Shown here: piece after piece, positions 51,612 through 64,000 of the stretch | Numbering within the stretch: the first letter of the stretch is position 1 | Layout of the letters: every line of letters begins with the position of its first letter | DNA from: Octopus sinensis | Lineage: Eukaryota | Direction: 5' to 3' | Length of the DNA: 64,000 nucleotides | NCBI RefSeq assembly: GCF_006345805.1 | Contig: NC_042997.1 | Coordinates: 172,856,001-172,920,000 of the forward strand | The notes under the pieces: model-generated | Seen by the model: only the letters and a program-made list of their open reading frames with translations | Told to the model about the DNA's origin: nothing | Databases searched by the model: none | Translations under genes and position numbers: made by a program

Positions 51612-52420
51612 TATCACTGCATACCTTTCATGCTTCATTTCTCAGGAGTAGAGCCTCAGTTCTTTTAGTTTCTCCCTGTAGCTCTTCCATTGCACAAAAA
51701 CAAAAAAATGCCTTCTTTGGTAGTGTTGGATAGCTTGAGTTCTGTTTGTTTGAGGCTATGTACTGGCCATAATTGGGATCAATAAACCAGACAACTGAGA
51801 ACAAAAGCTCTCCACAAGATCAACCTGGTTTCCTTTCACTTGGTTCTAAATGATTTCAGGCTATAACCAGCCAGTCACCATCTTTATCATATGCACCAAC
51901 TGTGACACAGGGATTACAATACACCCTGATCCAGTGTATTTTGATTGCAATCTGTGGCTCGTAGTGAAGCGCTTGAAATCTTTCAGCATTAAATTGTCAT
52001 GTTTACTTCAGCCTACTTATATAGTGTATTCAAGTCTTTAATTGTTTTTTTTTATATATCACCACGGTCCTTGACTCCTTGTGACACTTTTGTATTGTCA
52101 GCTGGTGAGAAAAGCAGAATGTATGACTGTGGCCATGTCTGAGAAAATCACCACAAATAATAGTGGTCTCACTACAGTTCCCCTAGGGACACCACTCATA
52201 ATTGATGCTGCAACTATCTGATTCCTACATTTTCAAAAGCCACGAAACCAATCCTTTAGTTTTCCAATCAGGCTAAGGTCGTGCAGTTTGTGACACATCA
52301 TTCCATAACCATCTTTATCAAAGACTTGGGCAAATTCAAGATATATCACATTCACATTGAAATGGTTGAGCTGTTGTTTCAATAAGCAAATAATAATGCT
52401 TTAGTAGCTGTGTAAGGCAG
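51612..52420 (-). mobile_element. Decayed CR1/L2-clade LINE reverse transcriptase
   Basis: NVNVIYLEFAQVFDK (cf. DVIYLDFAKAFDKV), SGVPRGTVVRPLLF (cf. SGVPQGTVLGPLLF), ILWRAFVLSCLVY*SQLWP, KLKELRLYS*...ERYAVIY. Confidence 0.8.
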
Positions 52421-53289
52421 CTTCTTCCTGGATGAAGATATGCTATGTATGAGTGAGCAAGTAAATTTCTTCAAGGAACACAACCATCTTCCTCTTAAGA
52501 ATGTGTTCCAAAACCTTGCTGATGTGCCAGTTAAATAGTTGGTGGGATTTGGGAAGCAATAGGTTGGAGTGCAGTATGAAGACAGTGGGCCCATGTTTGT
52601 GCCTCTTGTGGTGTGCAATGATTGCAAATTGTTTTACAAAGTGGTGTACATTTTCTCGTAGCACCAACCCTTGTATACCCAATAACCTAAGGTGTGTAAA
52701 CTGAGGAGAGAAATAGAAGGAACATGGAAAGAAAAATGGCTAAAAATGGTTAGGTGTGAATAGAGTGCAGGAATGGAAGCAAAGAGAGTACTCAATAACC
52801 TAGAGAGTGAATATATAGATGACCTGAGAGAGAGGGGGTTAGAGGGAGAAAAGGTAGTGAAGAGAAAGAGATCAGAGAGCCAGAATGGGTAATGAGGATG
52901 GAAGAGAAAAGAGTGTGAAGGGAAAGCAGATGGGTATTATTGAGTGGGGTTAGTAGAGAAGTGATTAGCAATATTAGAGATCAATAAATGTAAAGATGGG
53001 TAATGAGATAAAAGCAAGAGTAGGTGTCAGGTGGCAATAGCTGTGACCTATAGGTGTTAGATTGGTAAAGGTAAATGAACTGGATTGTGCAGCCTTTTAT
53101 ATAAGGGCCTAAATAGGGCAAACGGGTCAGAGCCAAATGAATGATGTGGTCTGTGCAGGTAGCAGAGAGAAGAAAGATAGAAAAGTTTGAGTAATGAAAA
53201 GGTCAGTACAACTTTTCTCCTTCCTTATGGATACAGAAGTCTTAGTCAGAACCAAACAGATTACTACTGAAAATCTCAAACTTCACTTG

Positions 53290-54130
53290 TTTCGTTGGCT
53301 AAACTCCACAAAGGCAAGAGAAATGGATAAAATAACTGAGCTAGCAAGGGTGTGCAATAGTAAAATTAATATGGGATTAGTTATAGACAACTCAACAACA
53401 ACATTGGTTTCTGCATATATCCTATAATCAGAATTAACAGGAAAACAGGACTGTTTTCATGAGGCACTTCTGCAGACTACCAAACGGTGATTGATAATGG
53501 TTTCCTTATTGTGGTTGGTGGCTTTAAGGGGCATGCTGCCAACATTATGATGGCTTCTATGATATCTATGGAGGTTATGGATGTAATATGAGAAATGAGT
53601 TCTGTGGTGCAATGGATCTAACAATTTGTGGTACACACTTCAAGAAACCAGTCAGCCACCTCATTACCTACCAATCTGGCAAAGACACAATTCTCATCAG
53701 GAAGCAGAACAGATAGGCCATTGTGAATATCAAAAAAGCTTTCTGGTAAAGAATGCATTACCCAACATTAACAACTAGTGACTTCAGAAACAGAGCCAGG
53801 CAGACTCAGAGACAAAAGATGATATGAAGAAGGAAGATACTGAAGCTATAAGAACCTGCAGTTGGCTATAAGTTTAGAGAAATTTAATTACTGTTGGCAG
53901 GAGGAGTTAGATACCCACAACATAAATGATAAAGTTCTTACAAAAGTAACTTGCTTAGGGCTATAAATCAGATATGTGGCCAGTGCAAGATTTAAGCCAA
54001 AACTGGACATGACGTGGTGGTTAATGACAGGGTTGATAGGGCTCTAAAATACAAGAGACATGCCTGGATAACTTGGAAGGAAGGCAGTAGTAGTGAGTTG
54101 CAAGAAAGAAGCCAATGATTTCAAAAGACC
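53290..54130 (+). mobile_element. Decayed RTE-clade LINE, AP-endonuclease region
   Basis: TLVSAYIL (cf. ISAYAPQ), IVVGGFKGHA (cf. GDFNGHVG), ICGTHFKKPVSHLITYQSG; many stops and frameshifts. Confidence 0.75.
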
Positions 54131-55514
54131 AAAAGGCTTAACTGGAATAAATTCTGGAATAAGGAAGAGGAGTTAATATAATGGTCTACCAATTGTCCAC
54201 ATCAGAGCATATATATATATTGAAACAGGGTAGCTGACTTGTTAGTGGGAACACCAAAATACAGAAGAACTGGAATACAGTACAGCAAGCTGAAAGGCAG
54301 GTCTGAGCTAATTTGTGTTGGAAATCACTTAAACAGCACAAAAATAGCGTCAAATACTTGAAAAGGACTTATTATCTATGATAAACACTATTTATCAAGA
54401 TGAAGCCTCTTGCCATACAAGTGAGGTATCACAAGCTTGAAAAAGAGCTCTTGGAATTGGTAACTCAAAGCCCTGATTGTGATCCAAGAGAACATATATG
54501 GGGACATCTTGATGGAAAGTTGTGAACAAGATAGTTGAAAATTGTATCAATGACAGAATTGAAAGCAAACATCAACAGTGAACCATGGATCAGTCTGTCA
54601 TCAACAATGTAATCAAATCTGGGCATAATCAATCAGGTGAGAGTTGTGATATTAACTGAAGAAAAGCTCACAAATTCCAAGACAAATTTTCATTCACTCT
54701 GGATAAGATTTCATAAGGTTATTACAAGTTAAATTAATGTTGCATTTTATTATCTTGGCAATAAAGTTACTGTAGACCAGTAAATATTTGTGTGTGTGTG
54801 TGTGACTATAGAATAATTCTTCATGTTGACATTCAAGATTGTCTCTAGTTCATCAAAATAGGAGTGAAGAACAAATTTGGTGATTAATAAACACACACAC
54901 ATACATATACATGCACACATACTCATATTTCGAGTTCTCTTTTTCCTGTTTGCATTGCCAAACCTGTATATGTAAATATGCGTGTGTGTGTGTATATCTC
55001 TATATATTTATGTAAATATATGTGTTTGTATACACATATACACCAATATATACACATGGGGGTGAAAGTGGGACAGAGAGAAAATGGGGAGCTAAATAAA
55101 GATAGATAAGGACAAGGAAAAATGACAGAGAGAATGAATACATATTAGCTATGACTCAAGCCCTAAAATAGAAATACAACAAAAGAAAAACCCCAAAGAA
55201 AAAATAAATAAAATTAAAAAGTTATAATTCCATGCAAAAACAACAAAAATCTGTTTTAATCATAGTGTTATAATGGAAGGAGTATCAGTAGAATAATACA
55301 TAGGCACACGGGTGCAGAAGTTTGAAGATTGATACAATGTAATAGGCCAAGGGAAGGTACCAAGGTAGTGACAAAATTTAGTTACAGACCCATACAGTCA
55401 AAAATACTAACAATGGACTATTGTTCTTTATGGGAAAGAAATAAAGTAGCATATATCTTGAACTCATTTGTAGCATAAAGTTTATATATATATATATATA
55501 TATATATAAATTTT

Positions 55515-55822
55515 AAAAAAACCACCTTTTATCAATTCAAAATGAAAAGTTAACTTACACTATCTAGAAAATTACATATAAGAGAAATATTAAATATAAG
55601 ATAAAAAATATACCGATGATTAAGTAATGTGCAAAATAATAAATAAAATATTTTAAAAGTAAAATAAAATAATATTCTACCAAATATATATGTTTTATTA
55701 TTTTGCACATTACTTAATCATCGTTATATTTTTTATCGTATATTTAATATTTTTATTATATGTAATTTTCTAGATGGTGTAATTTAATTTTTCATTTTGA
55801 ATTGATAAAAGGTGATTTTTTT
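55515..55822. repeat. Foldback element with 129-bp inverted arms and a 50-bp spacer, in a (TA)n context
   Basis: Arms 55515-55643 and 55694-55822 align ungapped with 8 mismatches by manual comparison. Confidence 0.92.
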
Positions 55823-56039
55823 TCTAATTCATATATATATTATATTTTGCGAAATTTGATTTAGTATTTCTAAATTGAATTTTCCCTGTAAGTTTGGAAT
55901 AATATTCCCTCAAATTATTATCATTATTAATATAAATATATAATATAGTTGTGGTATATTTTATTAAGAACATAGTAGAGTACTGTATAAAGCTCATCCA
56001 CCTTTAGATTTCACCCTGTGCTATTCAGTAGTAGTATTG

Positions 56040-56395
56040 TATGTATTTCCAGGTTTGTGTTTGGGCAAATTATTCATTTCAGTATCAGATCATTTGTAGA
56101 TTAAACTTATATTCTTGCAAGCTCTAGTATTTTGAGAGTGATACACTAGAGCATAAATTTCATATCACCAGCAGCATTTCTTTCCACAAGAGGCAGTTTT
56201 TTGGAAGCTTTAAACCGTGATGCAGATTTTCTTCACTAGAAATAAAATTCCTTGTAGGCATGAGCCTCTAGAAAAACTTAGTTTCATCAACATAGCACAC
56301 TTGTTTCTATGTATAGCATTCTTCAGTTCCTCAATATAAGTCGAAGCAGTTTCTTCAACAGCACTAGTGGCTTCAGCAATCCTTTTAAAGTTGTA
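56040..56395 (-). pseudogene. Decayed pogo/Tigger transposase fragment
   Basis: SAVEETASTYIEELK (cf. ASADEEAA..F..EL), CYVDETKFF*RLMP (cf. FNxDETGLFWKxMP) and RNAAGDMK, spread over frames. Confidence 0.65.
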
Positions 56396-56415
56396 TAAAT
56401 TAAGGTATCCCTTAA

Positions 56416-56635
56416 CCCTTTCGCGTTCAAATTAATATGTCATAAGTAATCCTTATTCATTTACATTTTAAAAAATTAATCTGGTATTATCTTGTAGCTT
56501 CAAGATTTGAAAGATGTAATTGTTTATTTTTAGAATGACATTGCAGGGTAGGTGTGAGATACTGGTTCTGGCCAGTTTGAGCATAAAATGAGTAGAATAT
56601 TCGGGCCGGATATAGCCGGTTTAAACACTAGAGGG
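56416..56635. mobile_element. piggyBac-like MITE
   Basis: TTAA|CCCTT ... AGGG|TTAA; interior homologous to 1968-2178. Confidence 0.75.
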
Positions 56636-57801
56636 TTAAACCTTTCAAACCAGCCTTTAAAAACCACAAAAGGTTTTGCACTGGAAATAGCACCTTCCAC
56701 TTTCTGCAAATGATCATCCAAAAGTCAAGTTTTAGCTCAAATGACCATTGTGCTTATTAACACAATAGGTGTAGTCTCAAGGCCAAACCATACACACAAT
56801 AGCTATGAAGTAGCTATTTGAGCAGTTGAAAATAGTCATGTATTGTTCTCATAGCAGGTACTGAAAGCTTTAATGTATTGCTGTATGGCTGAGTTTTCCT
56901 CCACTGACAAATTGGCACAAAACATCAAGTTTAACATCTAATGTAATCTTCTTTACAGCTCTCTTTCATGCTATTGCTTTCATTCTTACTGGTTGGTCTC
57001 TTTACAGTCACTTTGAATAAGATGATGTACTATACCTTATGCATTAGTAAATCTAACTGTAAGAGGTGAAAGACAATCTATACCATACAGTAAAACACAA
57101 GAATCCAAGGTAAGTACTAATGCTCGGCATTAGTAAAAAAAACGGTTATTTTATTACTTCAGATGCAGAAATATAAACATGAAAAATAAAAGAGGTGGTA
57201 GAGTAAAAAGGGAAAGGAAGTACTGTTTGATTAAAGTTAGTTGCAATACCAATGTTGGTTGAAATAGTGAAGGCACAAAGTGAGAGTGTGCCACAGAGCA
57301 AGTGGGTAGATGCTGGCAATTATGCTGAGATCGATGAAAACTAAGATCAGATGAATTGGTGTACACAAACAAGAGGAGAGATGGCTGAAGAACGCATAGG
57401 TGCTGGAAAAACTTTAAAAAGAAATGAAGAACATATTTCGATTTCGGTTTTTAAAATTGTGAAAAATTCACTGAGTTCCCATAAGTGTGGAATTAAAGGC
57501 TGTGTCCCAAAATTTGTTAGACTTTAGATTTTTCTGTAATTCTTTAACCAGAAATTACAACTGTGGGGGAAGCCTCTGTGTGTATGTGTGTGTGTGTGTG
57601 TGTCTAATCTATTTAGATGAAAGTGAAAAATATGATGAATGTGATATATATAATTTATTTAAAATAACATATGGCAAATACCAAAAGAAAAAAAAAAGAA
57701 GCTTTAAAACAACTTTAGAATAATAAAAAATATAATTGTAGCAATGTTTTATATACATACATATATATATGTATACATATATATATATATGTATATATAT
57801 A

Positions 57802-57862
<61 letters not shown>

Positions 57863-57866
<4 letters not shown>

Positions 57867-58427
57867 AATGCATCATATATACTTGAGTATATGAAGTCAC
57901 CAGTATTGTTGGGAACAGGGTAAAAGTTACTAGGTTTGTTGGAAATGCAAATAAAACTATCAGTACCATAGGGCACGTGGTGAAACGAAGCATGTGTTGA
58001 GCATGTGTTAAGGCCACTGGTTTTGTTAAACACATTGTAAAGCTATCAGTACTGTTAGTCTCTCACGTGTAGAATAAAACTACTGCTGTTGGACATACAG
58101 TTAATGAATGTAGAATGGTTAGACATCTAGAGCTTGTAAGAACGAAACAACAACAAAAAGCAATGCTGTATGGCAGTACATGGTATCACAACCGGTACCA
58201 TTAGTTACAGGGCAAAGCAACCATAACGGTTTGACACATATATAGCGAAGCTAACTATTTGCTGTCAGACACAAGGTACAGTACGAAATAACAAACCAAA
58301 AAATATGGAAACAACAAAAATAATTATTTCTATCTCTCTCCCCTCTTCTCTGTTTCCTAATTTTTTTTTTTTTTTAAACATCTAAATTGAAATAAGTGAG
58401 AGATTAGATTTTCAAATGAGATATGGC

Positions 58428-58480
<53 letters not shown>

Positions 58481-59041
58481 AATGCATCATATATACTTGA
58501 GTATATGAAGTCACCAGTATTGTTGGGAACAGGGTAAAAGTTACTAGGTTTGTTGGAAATGCAAATAAAACTATCAGTACCATAGGGCACGTGGTGAAAC
58601 GAAGCATGTGTTGAGCATGTGTTAAGGCCACTGGTTTTGTTAAACACATTGTAAAGCTATCAGTACTGTTAGTCTCTCACGTGTAGAATAAAACTACTGC
58701 TGTTGGACATACAGTTAATGAATGTAGAATGGTTAGACATCTAGAGCTTGTAAGAACGAAACAACAACAAAAAGCAATGCTGTATGGCAGTACATGGTAT
58801 CACAACCGGTACCATTAGTTACAGGGCAAAGCAACCATAACGGTTTGACACATATATAGCGAAGCTAACTATTTGCTGTCAGACACAAGGTACAGTACGA
58901 AATAACAAACCAAAAAATATGGAAACAACAAAAATAATTATTTCTATCTCTCTCCCCTCTTCTCTGTTTCCTAATTTTTTTTTTTTTTTAAACATCTAAA
59001 TTGAAATAAGTGAGAGATTAGATTTTCAAATGAGATATGGC
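57863..59041. repeat. Tandem duplication, 614-bp period, junctions in (TA)n
   Basis: 57863-58427 and 58477-59041 appear identical by eye, including a 15-T run. Confidence 0.93.
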
Positions 59042-60162
59042 ATATATATATATATATATATATACCGACTAAAGCCATTTGGTAACAAAAAGTAGCAAAA
59101 AAAGGGGGGAAAAAATACAAAAAAAAAATCAAAAACAAAAAAAAAAACCTGTTTGCGTTTGCATGCATTGAAACTGTACAAGTTAAAAAGCTAATAACAC
59201 ATGTTAGCAATTATAATAAAGCTTGAGGTGAGAAAATGTAAGGCAAAATATTAAATTCTAGTGGTATGGATACACAGGCTGATGTTAATGATATATATAT
59301 ATATATATATATACATACATACATATATATATATATATAAAAATTAGAGTCGAAAAAGATTCTCTATAGAATAAACAATTTAAAATATAAGTTGAGAAAA
59401 GTTCATGGTTGAACAACACTTCAAACAATTCAAATTGATATAAGACTTCAAAATCCAGACACACCGAATAATTCTGAAATTCTGAATTATGCCTTTCTGT
59501 CATTGAGACGGAATCCAATTCTGTATCTAATTTTATAATTTTCAATAATTAAAGTGATCTTGAACATATGAGAAATTTTTTTTTTTTTTTTTAGATGGAA
59601 TACATGTGAATGGTACTGTTAGAAAGATGTTAGCATGAATGGATTATGATTTCACCAATAATTAATTAATTCATGTTAATAAATATTCAAAGCATAAAAA
59701 GACAATAGAAACGAAACAAAAAATACAGTAAGGTAACACAAACAAACACACCTCCTAAAATGATATTTCAAATTAAAAATATTTCATAGGAAGTGGAGGA
59801 GGAAGTTAAGTATAACATAACAATCCTAATTCTTAAATAGAAGTCTTCCCAGCTGGAGGTAGAACGAGCAAAAAGTAACCATACTTAAAGATTTCTGTTC
59901 AATAAAACAATAGGTGAGAAAATACTACAGCTAATTACAAAATAAACTCTTAATTTAGAATAAGCACCATACAAGAAGAAAAAAAGTCAAGACTATTGAA
60001 AAGTTTGCAAGACACAACAAAAATTTTAGGAAAATAAAAATAAGTGGAAATTTTACCAGTGTGTGTGTTAAATTATAAGGCACAAAAAGAAAATGACTCT
60101 CCCCAGACATAACATACATGTGTTAAAGAAATATAATAAATAGCCAGCTTGACTGACTTCTG

Positions 60163-60346
60163 TGCCGGTGGCATGTAAAAAGCACCCACTACACTCATGG
60201 AGTGGTTGGAGTTAGGAAGGGCATCCAGCTGTAGAAACACTGCCAGATCAGACTGGAGCCTGGTGCAGCCTCCTGGCTTACCAGACCCCGGTCGAACCAT
60301 CCAACCCGTACTAGCACGGAAAACGAACGTATGATGATGATGATGT
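60163..60346 (+). mobile_element. Family B retroposon with (GAT)n tail
   Basis: Matches the reverse complement of 2735-2960. Confidence 0.75.
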
Positions 60347-60373
60347 AGTGAAACATAAGTGCAATAAGTTTAA

Positions 60374-60596
60374 CCCTTTAGTATTAAAGCAGCCATATCT
60401 ATTGCAAATATTCTTCTTGCTTTATGTTCAAAGCAGATAGATCCGGCCTCTTACACCTACCATACAATGTGATTCTAAAAATAAACTATGATACCACTGA
60501 AATAACACACGAGTAGTTCAGAAAATATCCAAGTTTGAAAATACCTACATTTTGAATAAGCATTACATCTGACAGTGTAATCTGAATACTAAAGGG
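60374..60596. mobile_element. piggyBac-like MITE with a replaced interior segment
   Basis: TTAA|CCCTTTAG ... CTAAAGGG|TTAA. Confidence 0.75.
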
Positions 60597-62523
60597 TTAA
60601 TGTTACTAGAGCCATTGTGTTGTGCTTGTTAGACAAGGTAATTTAAGTTCTGTATGCTTTTAAGGAGACAAGAAGAAAAATGGTGCTGCGTTTAAACTGC
60701 ATTGACTGTGAGAAATGAAGAGCATGGAAAGTATGTAGCTGTAAAAAAGAATACGACAGCAGAAATATCCAAGTTTGAAAATACCTACATTTTGAATAAA
60801 AACAAAAAAAAAAGAAATTACTCATATTAGCAAGAAAAACTGAATTAAGAAGAAATATTAGAATGGTTTCATTGATGACAAAATGACAAAGGAAATAATC
60901 AAGGGACTACAGGGGATGGTATAATTATTTCAAGAAAGAGTTTTACAAAACTGAATACAAGAGAACACCATAGGTTTCAAATGAAGTAGTATGGCCTGTT
61001 TCTGAAGTGGTCACTTTTAAGACTTCTTAAGAACAAAATAAAAAGTTTTTTTTAAAGTAAGACAAAGAAAATGCAATCCAAACACATTTACTTATAACTT
61101 CCTCAGTTATGAGTCTGAAGCTTGGTGTTGGATTTTTTTCCCTATAAATATACATTAAAAAGAAATTAAACAGATTTCACTGACACTAGTAAAAATGACC
61201 AACAAGTATAAAAGCAGGGACAAAGAATAGATAAAGAGAATCTCTGAACAAATAGTAACTAATACAACCACTACAGGTATTACTATAACCATCGCTACAA
61301 ATTTGCAACAACTGCCCTTAAGGATGAACAGATAACCAGAATATTTAATAATAATCAAAGTTGGATCCACCCAAAAAGACTATAAATGAATGAGAACCAA
61401 GTATAAGGAGAACAATAATCTACAAAAAGCTCGATTTAACTCTGTATTGGACAACCAGCAGGGAGACTGGTAATTTTCTATCCAGTCAATAACATTATGC
61501 TGTGTTGCAAACTATGACCAAGACACTTAACTCTTAATGGGTGAATCTGAGTAGCTGTGTGTGTGTGTGTGTTGCAGATCAGAAACAATCCTGGTCAGTA
61601 ATAATATAATACTGACATGATCAGTTAACTTGCAGTGCTGGATTGTTCAATGTCTAGCTTCCATTTTACTAAGATTTAGAGAAAGAAAAGCAATATACAT
61701 GACCCTTCACAGGGCCTCTAAGACCAAGGGTGAAATAACTGAAGGAAAGTTGCTGCAGTAGGGAGCAATGTATTAAGATGTTAAGTTCTACAGAGACAGG
61801 AAACCTGGTTCAAAATGTTTGTATTTGAGTGAATTTGACTAAAGTAAGCAAAGGGCTTGGTGATGCCATTAAACAGGAAGGTGGATTAGATTTATGAAAT
61901 TCATTAGGATAATTTATCCAAGATAAATGATGATGAAGACTTTGGTGGCACTCCTAAGACATGCCACCTATCACTGAATTCTTGAGGTTGTTAGTAGAAG
62001 AGCAGAATGCACAAACTATTTCATGCAGGAGGGAGCATGGATTAACTGCATTAGTAAAGTTAGTAGTTCAATTTTGTTAGTAGTCCAGTGTATGGAATGA
62101 TAAAGTTTGTCTAACTTTAACTATCATCGAATTAAAGAGATATCTATAGAAATGTTAGTAATGAGTTTGGGTAAGTAAGAGATTATATGTAGTGGACAAG
62201 ATAATGGAAAAAGAAAACAAAATTGAAATGAATTGAAGAGAGAGAGACAGAGAGAGAATATAGCCTAATCTTGAGGTACCCTACAGATATCTTAGCTCTG
62301 GGGTACCTAAAGCATCCAGGAGAGTTGCAATGCAGACAGCAGCACAAAATATAGTAGGACACATGACCTATACATGGCCCTCAAGTTCCCTTTTAGTGTA
62401 CAGAGTTAAAAGCCAAAACATTTGCATGAGGAGGGCATCTTCTTAGAAATCCTTATACCAATCAGTTCTCCATAGAGTTCCTTACAGCATAAAGTGCTGC
62501 TGTGAGAGAGCTTATTCTGTTAT

Positions 62524-62955
62524 TTCTTTTACTTGTTTCAGTCATTTGACTGCAGACATGCTAGACCATCGCCTTTAAGTCGAACAAATTGACCCCAGGA
62601 CTTATTCTTTGTAAGCCTAGTACTTATTCTAACGGTCTCCTTTGCCAAACCACTAAGTTATGGGGATGTAAGCACACCAAAATTGGCTGTCAAGCGATGG
62701 TGTGGGGACAAACACGGACACACAAATATATACACACACTCACATACATACACGCACGCATGCACACACACAAACACACACATATATACACAATGGTCTT
62801 CTTTCAGCTTTTGTCTCCCATATCCACTCACAAGGCTTTGATTGGCCCAAGGCTATAGTAGAAAACACCTGCCCAGGGTGCCATGCAGTGGGACTGAACA
62901 CAGAACCAGGTGGTTGGGAAGCAAGCTTCTTACCAAACAGCCACACCTGTGCCTA
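62524..62955 (-). mobile_element. SINE family C
   Basis: Colinear with 3465-3842, with a longer internal (CA)n. Confidence 0.8.
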
Positions 62956-63080
62956 TATATGATTATTTTTCTTCTTGAAGTGGGAGAGAGAGAGAGTGAG
63001 TGAGTGATCAAGGTAGTAAAATGGTTAGCATGCATAACTGACCAGTAACAAGCATGGGGTTCAACTCCTGCCAAATAGGA

Positions 63081-63084
<4 letters not shown>

Positions 63085-63134
<50 letters not shown>

Positions 63135-63168
63135 TGTGTGTGTGTGTGTATGTGTGTGTGTGTGTGTT
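63085..63168. repeat. (TG)n microsatellite
   Basis: Direct inspection. Confidence 0.95.
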
Positions 63169-63807
63169 GATGACAGTGGACAAGTATAATAATTTACTAC
63201 AAGCTGAAATTTTATGAAAGGTTACTAAAAAGTGTTTTGCTTCCAATCTGCAGATTGCAATGAAAAGTTGAACAAGATAACAGATTCTTAAAAGAAAACA
63301 GTGGAAACATTTGACAGTCAAGACAAGATTTCATTGGATCATATTGAAACAAAAAAGATCTTATTAGTTGATCATATAACCAGTGTATACATAATAACAA
63401 ATAAATAAAATAAAAAAATAAAAGCGAATGTAAGAACCATAGAAGGTAGTGGCTTTTTGCTGCAATCTTAGGAATTTTTATATTTTGCGTTCCCCACACT
63501 GAAGAATTTAAATAGTTTTAATATAACACTTATGAGTAATCTCCCCTCCACTGCTCAACTAACCTATGCACTCATATTTTTACATTTTTATAGATTTTCC
63601 ATTAAAAAATATAAATTTAAAAAAAAAAAACATTACTTTTTCCTTCCCTTAATGGTTACTAACTTCATTTAAACCTCTGTTCTTTCTTTCATTTCACCCA
63701 GATTTTTCTTCACATTTATATAAATTTAAACAGTATCTTTCATTCATGCATATTTATACTTGTACTTTATTCAATAAACATGTACTTTAATTCCTGCAAT
63801 ATACATA

Positions 63808-64000
63808 CTCTATGACGCATGTGTGCAAGCAACCATGCCACATGGCAGTGAAACTCAGGCCGTGACTGGTAAGGACATGCGTATGCACTGGTATGGTCAT
63901 GTGTTGGGACAGCTATGTGAAGCTATATGGATGAGGACAGCTATGTGAAGAAATGTCACACTCTAACAGCGGAAAGAACCTGTGGAAGAGGTAAACCCAG
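63808..64000 (+). mobile_element. RTE-clade LINE 3' fragment with internal deletion
   Basis: LYDACVQATMPHGSETQAVTGKDMR / WYGHVL / MDEDSYVKKCHTLTAERTCGRGKP, typical of the RTE ORF C-terminus; runs off the window. Confidence 0.75.

Noticed and set aside
57749-58033. NNTGDFIYS resembling PBX1 SNSGDLFMS, suggesting the missing upstream Pbx exon (duplicated)
   Set aside because: Only a short match; weak acceptor, a candidate donor in the wrong phase for the 48461 exon, and no similarity on either side.
48462-64000. Search for the Pbx homeodomain and intervening exons
   Set aside because: No WFGNKRIR-type or other Pbx-like exon found by eye; they are presumed to lie beyond the window, though a short divergent exon could have been missed.

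Overview
Eukaryotic, AT-rich, microsatellite-dense genomic DNA. Its repeat landscape (tRNA-headed SINEs, RTE and CR1 LINE relics, DD37D and pogo transposase relics, Helitron-like elements, MITEs) is consistent with an octopus/coleoid cephalopod genome; this is an inference and no database search was run. Nearly all ORFs in the supplied track are microsatellite or repeat artefacts. The one recognisable host gene is the 3' end of a Pbx/extradenticle TALE-homeobox gene on the minus strand. It has a 108-nt phase-0/0 exon at 48354-48461 (VNALRHVISQTGGY...) and, after a 36.3-kb intron, a 225-nt terminal exon at 11782-12006 encoding an acidic tail ending PMKRAKI*. A candidate short alternative last exon lies at 41365-41391. 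The homeodomain exons were not found and presumably lie beyond 64000. The most unusual structure is at 7545-8480: a four-armed palindromic retroelement whose arms join a tRNA-like Pol III head to a Penelope-type minimal hammerhead ribozyme, with one arm keeping an intact catalytic core. Also notable are a satellite built from two optional modules in all four combinations (33815-36280), a 129-bp-arm foldback (55515-55822), a ~180-bp satellite and an apparently identical 614-bp tandem duplication.
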